This document shows, piece by piece, positions 19,430 to 27,514 of a DNA stretch of 64,000 nt (its first letter is position 1; every line of letters starts with the position of its first letter). The position numbers and the translations under genes are program-made. The notes under the pieces were generated by a model that saw only the letters and a program-made list of their open reading frames with translations, was not told the DNA's origin and ran no database searches. Source of the stretch: Gemmatimonadota bacterium (GTDB lineage: Bacteria; Gemmatimonadota; Gemmatimonadetes; Palauibacterales; Palauibacteraceae); assembly GCA_039588215.1 (NCBI GenBank), contig JBDHAD010000034.1, positions 1,230 through 65,229 of the forward strand, read 5' to 3'.

Positions 19430-19560
19430 TTCGGGATCCCAGCAGCCTCTCCCGCTCCGCCACGAGCTACTCAGTGCCGAAGGCGACGGTGGGCCTTGAA
19501 GAGGGGGCGCCCCGCGTGGGGCCGCCCCGGCCGCGTAGCCCGACGGATCGAGTTGAGAGC

Positions 19561-20265
19561 CTACGGCGTGATTGTGATGTTCAACTCGAGGGGACCGCTC
19601 CAGAGGATGGTCTGGAGATCGCCGAGCGTATACAGATGCGCTTGGTCGGCCGTCACCGTTCTCGAGCCATCCCCGTTGATCGTTACCAGCGCCTGCTGGA
19701 ACACGAAGTTGTAGTAGTCACCACCATAGAAGAAAAAGTGGGCAGTAGGGCCGAAGGCTCCCGTCGGCTTGACCTTGTTCCCTCTGATCACGTACGAGGG
19801 AATGTTATCGAATGGGGTGCAGCTGCTCGCGCTGCCACAAATGTCGTCTTCCAACAAATCAGGAAGCTGGATGAACAACCAACCTGCGCCCGGTACGTCC
19901 TCTCCGTTGCAGGTAGGGATGGTTACGCCTGCCAGCGCGGGAATGACCGGGAGGTCTTGAAGAAACATGTGGCGAGCAGGACACTGCGGCTCCAGCCGGA
20001 AGCGGGCCGTCACGTGATCCCCATCGTAGAACCCCAAGCCATCGGAGGAGACGCGAGCCCCCGATACCGGATCGTTGAGCTCGGCCATCAAGGTGAGTGG
20101 AGGTGGGGGTGGGGGACCTCCCTTGCCGCCGCTTTTCCCAAACCGTGGCGTCAACTCGTCAGAGGCCGCTTGAGTCGGGGCATCGGCGCAAGCGAACCCC
20201 AGGAGTGCGACCGCAACGACCAACGCGGCCGACAAGAGAGAGCTTCGGGTCCTCGGCATACTCAC
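19561..20265 (-). CDS. Hypothetical lipoprotein (Pro/Gly-rich linker, Cys-containing domain)
   Basis: Strong SD (GGAGGTG) 4 nt upstream of the ATG. Lipobox LLGFAC. The competing 399-aa plus-strand ORF runs through repeat J6 and is rejected. Confidence 0.6.
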   Translation of the reverse strand: MSMPRTRSSLLSAALVVAVALLGFACADAPTQAASDELTPRFGKSGGKGGPPPPPPLTLMAELNDPVSGARVSSDGLGFYDGDHVTARFRLEPQCPARHMFLQDLPVIPALAGVTIPTCNGEDVPGAGWLFIQLPDLLEDDICGSASSCTPFDNIPSYVIRGNKVKPTGAFGPTAHFFFYGGDYYNFVFQQALVTINGDGSRTVTADQAHLYTLGDLQTILWSGPLELNITITP

Positions 20266-20440
20266 CTCCGTGTTAGAACCACGCGCCTAATCTCGGGTCT
20301 CGCTCGTTTTGCCCGGGATTGTAGCGCTTCTGGATGGGCGCCATGCCATTGGTGTACATAGGCCCCCGCGCCTAGATTTATAGCCGCACCGGGTAAACGC
20401 TCGGTTCCGTTTCAATTAATCCAGGTGGCCGCTCACGGGC

Positions 20441-23095
20441 GTGATATCCCTCAAGCTGTTTGGCCGTCCGTTCTTAGAGGACGACGACGGTCTCCTCACC
20501 GGACGAGCCGTTCAGCGCCATCGCCTGGCCCTCCTGGCCCTCCTTGCCCTGGCCCCGGGCCGGTCCCTGAGTCGGGAGAAGCTCGTGGGCTATCTGTGGC
20601 CTGAGCGCAGAACTCACCGTGCACGCAACCTGCTCAACGTGTCCGTGCACATGCTCCGCAAGACACTCGGTGCTGACGCGTTGCTCTCCGAGGGCGATGA
20701 TCTGCGGCTGAACATAGACTTGGTGCGGGTGGACGTGGCGGAGTTCGAGGACGCGCTGGCGTCTGGTGCGTCCGAGCGTGCGGTTTCGCGTTATATCGCC
20801 CCGTTCCTCGACGGCTTTTACCTGGACGGCTCGCCGGAGTTCGAGCGCTGGGTGGATGGCGAGCAGGCCCGCTTGGCCGGTCTGTACGAGCGGGCGTTGG
20901 AGTCGCTGGCGAAAGAGGTCGGGACTCGTGGAGATCACGAAGCAGCGGTGGGGTGGTGGCGCCGGCTTTCGGCACACAACCCGTACAACGGACGTGTGGC
21001 GTTGGGGCTCATGAGGTCGCTTGAGACGGCGGGCGACCGGGGAGGGGCCATCCGCCACGCCCAAGCCCACGAGGCCCTGCTTCGCGAGGAGCTGGGAGCC
21101 AAGCCCGATTCGCAGGTAGCGGCCCTAGCCGAGCGTCTGAAGAAGAAGCCTGCCGGTGTGCCTTCCGTTAGGGAGGCAGAACCAGGCGAGCATACCCCAG
21201 CGGAAGTCCCAATGAGTCAGCCCGGCTCTCTTGAGCTTTCACACGGCGGGCATCTGGAGCCCTCTTTCGAGGCTGAATCTCCACCCAAGGGGTTGTCCGA
21301 GGCGGGCCGGCGCTGGCTGTTCTGGACTGCTCTGGCTACGGCCGTCGTCGTGGTTGCGCTCGTGGGCATCGGCGAGCTCCGGAGCTCGGACGCTGAGCGA
21401 TTAGAAAAGCCGGCGCGAGTAGATGCAGCGCTCAATCCTCGCCGCGTCCTGGTCCTACCCCTGGAGAACGAGACGGGCGACACAGAGCTCGACGCACTTG
21501 GCCGCGTAATCGCCGACTGGACGATTCAGGGGATCGCGCGGACGGGGCTTGTGGAAGTGGTGAGCTTTCCCGGAACCTTGGAATTGACCGAAGCCCTGAT
21601 CGGCAGTTCCGCACTGACGCTCGACCCTGGGCAGCGAGTACAGTGGTTCGCTCGAAACGCGGCCGCGGGAACGGTCGTGTGGGGCTCGCTCTCCCAGGAG
21701 GCGGGACATCTCACGATCCAGGCCCAGGTGTCGGACGTGGCGAACAACAAGTTGCTCGCCGTGATCCCGCCCGTCACGGCTTCACGCGGGTCTCCGCTCG
21801 TGGGCGCGGAACTCATCCGGCAACGTGTGATGGGGTTCTTGGCGGTTCGATTTGGCTCTGCGCTGAGCGGATGGGCGGAGACCGCGCCCCTCGCTCCACC
21901 GCCCATGTACGACGCCTACCTGGAGTACGTGGCCGGATTGGAGACGTGGAATTGGGAGGAAATCTACGCTCATTATTCTCGCGCGGTGGCGATCGACAGC
22001 ACCTTCGCGCACGCCCTGATCGGCTTGCTCAAGGCAGGCATGGTGTTGTATTCGAGGCTAGATCGCGACTCGGCCACAGTCGCTTTGGATTCTGTCATCG
22101 CCCTCATCGAACGGCGTCGGCACCTCCTGTCGCCAACCGACCGCTACCAGGTGCGCGCGCTCGAGGCCTCTTTCTTCCAGCACGATCAGTTGGCTGCGTA
22201 CGATGCCGAGCGGAAGGCGGCAGCCTTGTCCCCCGATCGGTTGAATGCGCTGTTGGGCGTCGCGTTCTCGATCGGACACTATCGGGAGACGGTCGAGATC
22301 CTGCGCCGCCCCGATTTCCCGCTGATGGGACGCCCCTATCGGTGGAAGATTCTCACCGCCTCGCTCCACTTCCTCGGTGAACACGAAGAGGAGCTGAAGC
22401 AGGCCCGTCAGGGGAAGGAGGAACGTCCGGGACGCCTCTCCCTCTTCGAACAAGAAGCGACAGCACTGGCGGCGCTCGGGCGCCTTGACGAGCTGGACGA
22501 CGCGATCGAGGAGGGACTCCGGCTCGGAACCGGTCAGTCCGACATGCCATCGGGTGTATTCCTCAAGGTTACTGGCAACGAGCTGCTGTGGCACGGACAC
22601 GAGGAGGCAGGGCGTGAGGTCCTGCGTCGCGCCCTGCCGGCCCTTCGGGAGCTGGCGAGCCGTTCAAGCAATGGGGGCTCAGATCTTTTCACGTTAGCGG
22701 AAGCTCTGTTCTTCCTGAACGAATGGGACGAGGTCCGTGAACTGACCGAGCCGCGCGTTACCGCTGCGACTGCTCTTGAAAGGGCACAGTGGTGGTACCC
22801 TCTGCTCGGCATGGCTGCGGCAAAATCGGGAGCCCCGACGGCGGCACGAAAATATGAGGAACGTCTGAAGGAGCTCGATGAAAGCGCTGAGTTCTCGATC
22901 GGGTTTGGCGCATCCCGGCCGAGATTCGCACGTGCCCAAATAGCAGCGGCACTGGGCGAGTGTGAGCGTGCGACCCAGCTGCTTGGCGATGCGTTGAGGA
23001 AGGGACACGGCCACCAGTACATTCATCGGCGACCCGGGTTCATCGACTGTAAAGACCATCCAGCATTTCAGGAGATTGCGCAGCCGCATGGGTAG
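20441..23095 (+). CDS. SARP/BTAD-family transcriptional regulator with TM segment, LPL-N-type module and TPR-like C-terminus
   Basis: N-terminal wHTH plus BTAD pattern (RHRLALLALLAL, LVGYLWPE, LRLNIDLVRVDVAEFE, ALGLMRSLETAGDRGGAI). Later has VLVLPLENETGD. Confidence 0.75.
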   Translation: MISLKLFGRPFLEDDDGLLTGRAVQRHRLALLALLALAPGRSLSREKLVGYLWPERRTHRARNLLNVSVHMLRKTLGADALLSEGDDLRLNIDLVRVDVAEFEDALASGASERAVSRYIAPFLDGFYLDGSPEFERWVDGEQARLAGLYERALESLAKEVGTRGDHEAAVGWWRRLSAHNPYNGRVALGLMRSLETAGDRGGAIRHAQAHEALLREELGAKPDSQVAALAERLKKKPAGVPSVREAEPGEHTPAEVPMSQPGSLELSHGGHLEPSFEAESPPKGLSEAGRRWLFWTALATAVVVVALVGIGELRSSDAERLEKPARVDAALNPRRVLVLPLENETGDTELDALGRVIADWTIQGIARTGLVEVVSFPGTLELTEALIGSSALTLDPGQRVQWFARNAAAGTVVWGSLSQEAGHLTIQAQVSDVANNKLLAVIPPVTASRGSPLVGAELIRQRVMGFLAVRFGSALSGWAETAPLAPPPMYDAYLEYVAGLETWNWEEIYAHYSRAVAIDSTFAHALIGLLKAGMVLYSRLDRDSATVALDSVIALIERRRHLLSPTDRYQVRALEASFFQHDQLAAYDAERKAAALSPDRLNALLGVAFSIGHYRETVEILRRPDFPLMGRPYRWKILTASLHFLGEHEEELKQARQGKEERPGRLSLFEQEATALAALGRLDELDDAIEEGLRLGTGQSDMPSGVFLKVTGNELLWHGHEEAGREVLRRALPALRELASRSSNGGSDLFTLAEALFFLNEWDEVRELTEPRVTAATALERAQWWYPLLGMAAAKSGAPTAARKYEERLKELDESAEFSIGFGASRPRFARAQIAAALGECERATQLLGDALRKGHGHQYIHRRPGFIDCKDHPAFQEIAQPHG

Positions 23096-23105
23096 CGCCT
23101 CCCAG

Positions 23106-23473
23106 ATGCACGAAAGCCCGCATGGTTGCAGGCTTTCTGCCAATCGGGGCGGCGAGATTAGCTACGATCGCTACGCGATCCGCTGATCTCCCGCCACATC
23201 CATCCCGGTAAGACAGTGCAGCATATCGGGGCGGCGAGATTCGGGGAGCTTGCGACGAGCGAGGACCGCGTCAGCGGCCGCAGCTCTCACTCGCGACCTC
23301 CTGCCGTCGAGCCGCAGGCGAGACACTGAGCAGGCGCAGCCTGCGAAGCCACCCCATTCAAGCGGCGCAGCACCCGCACACTTCGATACACTTCCGTACA
23401 CACTGATTTCGCCGTTTTGACCTCAGTACACTTCCGTACAAACCTGCACACTCTGTGACAGTAGGCGTGACAA
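23106..23473 (-). repeat. Junction repeat J7 (largest form): hairpin, minihelix module, tRNA-Pro 3' half with two ~48-nt insertions, and iteron arm
   Basis: Combines the extra module seen in J1 (23160-23226) with the two insertions seen in J3 (23242-23289 and 23304-23351). Confidence 0.85.
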
Positions 23474-23579
23474 GTCATTTTGGCAGTCTGTCGGGCCTTT
23501 GCTTGCCGCCCCCCTTCCCCATGATCAGCTTCAAGAGCGTGGAGGCTCTGAGCTGACACCCTGACCCAGGCGGTCCGCG

Positions 23580-26264
23580 ATGTCCCCCGGGTTCGACAAG
23601 CTCAAAATGGCGCTGGCCGACCGCTACCAGATCGAGCGCAAGCTCGGCGAGGGCGGCATGGCGACCGTCTACCTGGCCCGCGACCTCAAGCACAACCGGA
23701 GCGTCGCGGTCAAGGTTCTGAGACCGGATCTGGCGGCGGTCGTCGGGGCCGAGCGATTCCTCACCGAGATCGAAACCACGGCGAACCTGCAGCACCCACA
23801 TATCCTGCCGCTGTTCGACTCCGGGGAGGCCAACGGCTTCCTCTTCTACGTCATGCCCTACGTCGAGGGCGAGACGCTGCGAGACCGGTTGGAGCGGGAA
23901 GGCCAGCTCTCAATCGATGAGACCCTCAGGATCGCGAGAGAGGTCGCGGACGGCTTGAGCTGTGCCCACGCCGCCGGGGTTGTACACCGTGACATTAAAC
24001 CCGCGAACATCCTGCTGTCCCGGGGTCATGCGACGATCGCCGACTTCGGGATCGCCACCGCACTTAGCGAGGCCGGTGGCGACCGGCTGACGCAGACCGG
24101 GGTCAGCCTCGGCACGCCGATCTACATGAGCCCCGAGCAGGCCTCCGGAGAGGGACGAGCGGACGTCCGCAGCGACATCTACGCCCTCGGGTGTGTCGTG
24201 TACGAGATGCTGGCAGGGGATCCTCCATTCACCGGATCGAACCCGCAGGCGATCCTGGCGCGGAAAACTGTGGAAGCCCCCCCGGCGATCCGCACGGTGC
24301 GCGAGACCGTGCCCGGATCCGTCGAACAGGCGATCCTGCGGGCAGTCGCCAGGGTACCCGCCGACCGGTTTCGGAGCGCAGAGGAGTTCGCCGAGGCCCT
24401 GACGGCGACCGACCGTGAGCGGCCGCCCGTGACGCGGACCCGGTCCCGGGTTGGGGCTCGGGCGCGCCGGATCCTAGCGTACTCCGTTCCGTCCATCGGC
24501 GCCATCTTCTTGCTCCTATGGGCGGTTCGTTCGGCGAGCGAGCGTGGGACGGGTGTCGATCTGTCCGACATGACGCTGCGGCCACTGACCAACTTCGTCG
24601 GGTGGGAGCATTCTCCCAGCTGGTCGCCCGATGGGAGCATGATCACGTACAGCCACATCGTGGGAGGAGACGCAGACATCGCCACGCTTTCCGTCGGCGG
24701 TGGGGAGCCTCACATCCTGACGGGTCATAGTCCGGCCGATGAGTTCCTACCAAGGTGGTCTCCGGACGGGTCACGGATCGCTTACGTGTCGGATCGGGGG
24801 ACCGGCACGGACGTCTACCTGATCTCTCCGACCGGAGGGACGGAGCAGAAGCTAGTGGAGACCCACATCCCCTTCTTCGAGCGACTCAGCGCGTGGGCGG
24901 CCGTGCTGGGCACCAACGCCTGGTCGCCAGAAGGAGAGGAGCTGGCCTTTTCGAGGCTGCACGAATCGGGAGAGGTCGCGCTCTGGAAGGTGAACCTGGC
25001 GACGCGGCAGGAGACACGCCTCACGACCCCGCCGCCGGCCGTGGAGGACGGGTGGGGGTCCTGGTCGTGGGACGGAAGCTCGATCGTATTCGTTCGAAAC
25101 GAGACGGGATCTCGCACGCTCTGGCAGGTGCCGGCGGAGGGCGGCGAGGCCACACTGCTGTTCGGCGAGTTCGCGGTGCACCCGGCCTGGTTTCCCGATG
25201 GGCGGCGGATTGCTTTCGCGTCTGTGCGGAGTGGCGCGTCCAACCTGTGGGAGCTCGACGTCCGGGACGGCGCCCTGCGGCAGCTGACCCAAGGCGCCGG
25301 CATCGACTTGACTCCGGCGATCGCGAGTAATGGCGCGATCGCCTACCAGCAGTTCGGTCACGAGATCGAGCTCAGATGGGCGCGACTGGATGCCCCCGAC
25401 GAGGAGCATGAGCGCCTGACGTCATTTACCGGGGAGAACTTCGGGGCTCGAGTCTCACCCGACGGGTCCCGGGTCTTGTACTATTCCAACCGGTCCGGAA
25501 ACTACGACCTGTGGATCCTTGAGCGCGCCACGGGTCAGCACCGCCAGATCACGAACGATCCGGCGGCCGACCGACTCGCGGATTGGTCGCCGGATAGCGA
25601 CGAAATCGTGTTCATGTCGAACCGGGGAGGGGTGGTCCGGCTCTGGGTGGCCGAGACCGAGACTGGCGCGACGCGTCCGCTCACGAACCACGCCCTTCCC
25701 TGGGAGACCCACGAGGCGGAAGCGCAGGGGGGTCCCCGGTGGTCCCCGGACGGTCAGCTCGTCGGATATCTTGCGCCAGCGGACGGAGATGCCGCGATTT
25801 GGGTGGTCGCCCCAGACGGCGGAGCGCCACGGCCGACGGGGGTCCGGGGGGCCCTCAGTTTCGGCTGGTATCTGGACAGCGAGCGCGTCGTGTACACGAG
25901 GCGCGCTCTGGACGGCTCCGGGCTCGTGGAGCTGCGCGCCGCCCATCTCGGGTCCGGCGAGGACGTGCTGCTTCGGGCAGGGCCGTTGGCCGAAATGGCG
26001 ACCTCGCCGGATGGGAGTGCCGTCAGTTTCGTCCAGTCACCGAGCCACTTCACGATGGACCTCTTCGTTCTCCGGCTGACGCCGCCCGATCCCCGTGACG
26101 AACTTCCCCGGGGCGTGGGCGTCCCACAGCAGATCACCTTCGGAGGGGGCGCATGGCACGTCCACAACGGAGGCTGGGCCCCGGATGGCAGCGGAGTCGT
26201 CTACTCGCGGGACCGGGATTTCGGGGACGTGTTCGTCATCGAGCCGACCGCCGGAGACGGCTGA
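23580..26264 (+). CDS. Ser/Thr protein kinase fused to a TolB-like beta-propeller
   Basis: Kinase motifs GEGGMATVYLA, HRDIKPAN, DFG and YMSPEQ. Many SPDGS / WSPDG propeller repeats. Paralog of 15296-17908. Confidence 0.9.
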   Translation: MSPGFDKLKMALADRYQIERKLGEGGMATVYLARDLKHNRSVAVKVLRPDLAAVVGAERFLTEIETTANLQHPHILPLFDSGEANGFLFYVMPYVEGETLRDRLEREGQLSIDETLRIAREVADGLSCAHAAGVVHRDIKPANILLSRGHATIADFGIATALSEAGGDRLTQTGVSLGTPIYMSPEQASGEGRADVRSDIYALGCVVYEMLAGDPPFTGSNPQAILARKTVEAPPAIRTVRETVPGSVEQAILRAVARVPADRFRSAEEFAEALTATDRERPPVTRTRSRVGARARRILAYSVPSIGAIFLLLWAVRSASERGTGVDLSDMTLRPLTNFVGWEHSPSWSPDGSMITYSHIVGGDADIATLSVGGGEPHILTGHSPADEFLPRWSPDGSRIAYVSDRGTGTDVYLISPTGGTEQKLVETHIPFFERLSAWAAVLGTNAWSPEGEELAFSRLHESGEVALWKVNLATRQETRLTTPPPAVEDGWGSWSWDGSSIVFVRNETGSRTLWQVPAEGGEATLLFGEFAVHPAWFPDGRRIAFASVRSGASNLWELDVRDGALRQLTQGAGIDLTPAIASNGAIAYQQFGHEIELRWARLDAPDEEHERLTSFTGENFGARVSPDGSRVLYYSNRSGNYDLWILERATGQHRQITNDPAADRLADWSPDSDEIVFMSNRGGVVRLWVAETETGATRPLTNHALPWETHEAEAQGGPRWSPDGQLVGYLAPADGDAAIWVVAPDGGAPRPTGVRGALSFGWYLDSERVVYTRRALDGSGLVELRAAHLGSGEDVLLRAGPLAEMATSPDGSAVSFVQSPSHFTMDLFVLRLTPPDPRDELPRGVGVPQQITFGGGAWHVHNGGWAPDGSGVVYSRDRDFGDVFVIEPTAGDG

Positions 26265-26295
26265 GATCGGCTCCGGGTCATCCCATTGACGCAAG

Positions 26296-26320
26296 AAAGC
26301 CCGCATGGTTGCGGGCTTTC
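26296..26320. terminator. GC-rich hairpin between the kinase 3' end and the tRNA-Pro 3' end (putative bidirectional terminator)
   Basis: GAAAGCCCGCA-TGGT-TGCGGGCTTTC. The same hairpin opens most of the junction repeats (absent from J3). Confidence 0.6.
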
Positions 26321-26327
26321 GGCGCAA

Positions 26328-26401
26328 TCGGGGCGGCGAGATTCGAACTCGCGACCTCCTGAACCCCATTCAGGCGCGCTACCGGGCTGCGCCACGCCCC
26401 G
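26328..26401 (-). tRNA. tRNA-Pro (anticodon GGG)
   Basis: Manual cloverleaf, 74 nt: acceptor CGGGGCG/CGCCCCG, D stem GCGC/GCGC, anticodon stem CCTGA/TCAGG with loop AUGGGGU, T arm GCGAG-TTCGAAT-CTCGC. Confidence 0.9.
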
Positions 26402-26502
26402 ATGTGGATGGGAAGGGGAAGCTATGCCCTGGCGCACGCTGGTCAAGCAACCCGCGGGGGTTGATCTTGGCCCCGGTCTTGCGTATCTATATATTCGCAT
26501 TT

Positions 26503-27504
26503 ATGGATACAATAACTGAAGCGAGGGATCTCCTCGCACGACTCGAGGCCCTGGGCGACGAGAACCGCTTGCGGATACTCACGTTACTGGAGCGTAGCGA
26601 GCTCACGGTCTCCGAGCTCGTGTCCGTCGTCCAGCTCCCACAGTCCACCGTATCCCGCCACCTTAAGGTGCTGGCGGAGGACGGTTGGGTGAGCCGGCGG
26701 CAGGACGGGACGACGCGACACTACCGCATGGCACCCGATCTCGCGGACGACGCGGTCGAGTTGTGGCGCGTGGCGCGGGGCAGCTTGGCGAACGCCGCGT
26801 GGATCGCGAACGATGCGGAGAGGGCCGAGAGCGTGTTGACCGCTCGGCGTGAGCGGGCGCTGGCGTTCTTCTCCGAGTCGGCCGCGAACTGGGACTCGCT
26901 CCGGGACCAAATGTTCGGGCACGATGCCCGGCTCGCGGTACTGTTCGGTCTTCTCGATCCACGGTGGGTCGTCGGTGATCTGGGCGCGGGCACCGGCACG
27001 CTGACCGAGATGGTCGCGCCGTTCGTCCGCCGCGTCATCGCGGTCGATCGTTCGCCGGAGATGCTCTCGGCCGCAGGCGTTCGACTCGCCGAGCGCGACA
27101 ACGTGGACATCCGCGAGGGCGAGCTCGAGGCGCTTCCGATCGAAGACGACGAGCTCGATCTGGCCGTCCTGATGCTCGTGCTCCATTTCGCCGTCGAGCC
27201 GAGCAGGGTGCTCGCCGAAGCGGCTCGCACGCTCAAGCCGGGGGGCCGGCTCGTCGTGCTGGACATGCGCGCGCACGGGCACCTGGAGTACCGCGAGACC
27301 ATGGGTCATCTGTGGCCGGGTTTCACGGAAGAAGAGATGCGCGAGTGGGTGGAGGCTGCAGGACTCGAGACCTACCGCCACGTCCCTCTCGCTCCGGACC
27401 CTAGCGCTTCGGGTCCCATGTTGTTGGTCGGTACGGCGGTGAAGCCCGTCAGCCGGCGGTTGTCGAGAGCGGACGGCCCGCTGCTTGCTGGCGAGTCACG
27501 ATAA
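26503..27504 (+). CDS. ArsR-family HTH regulator fused to a class I SAM-dependent methyltransferase
   Basis: N-terminus [41 protein letters not shown] (ArsR). Then VGDLGAGTG...[11 protein letters not shown] (methyltransferase motifs I and post-I). Confidence 0.8.
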   Translation: MDTITEARDLLARLEALGDENRLRILTLLERSELTVSELVSVVQLPQSTVSRHLKVLAEDGWVSRRQDGTTRHYRMAPDLADDAVELWRVARGSLANAAWIANDAERAESVLTARRERALAFFSESAANWDSLRDQMFGHDARLAVLFGLLDPRWVVGDLGAGTGTLTEMVAPFVRRVIAVDRSPEMLSAAGVRLAERDNVDIREGELEALPIEDDELDLAVLMLVLHFAVEPSRVLAEAARTLKPGGRLVVLDMRAHGHLEYRETMGHLWPGFTEEEMREWVEAAGLETYRHVPLAPDPSASGPMLLVGTAVKPVSRRLSRADGPLLAGESR

Positions 27505-27514
27505 AAGGAGACGG

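Noticed and set aside
23106-23473. The tRNA-like T-arm/acceptor with large internal insertions might be a tmRNA (ssrA) or a permuted tmRNA.
   Set aside because: There is no alanine-type acceptor (G3:U70), no tag-peptide reading frame with a resume codon, and no 5' acceptor partner. The element is present in many copies identical to the tRNA-Pro 3' half.
2840-26401. The regularly spaced repeats might be a CRISPR array or a classical integron.
   Set aside because: The repeats are 180-370 bp and the spacers are multi-kb gene-bearing segments, so this is not CRISPR. There is no intI, attI or attC-type imperfect palindrome. The recombination-site candidate is tRNA-derived instead.
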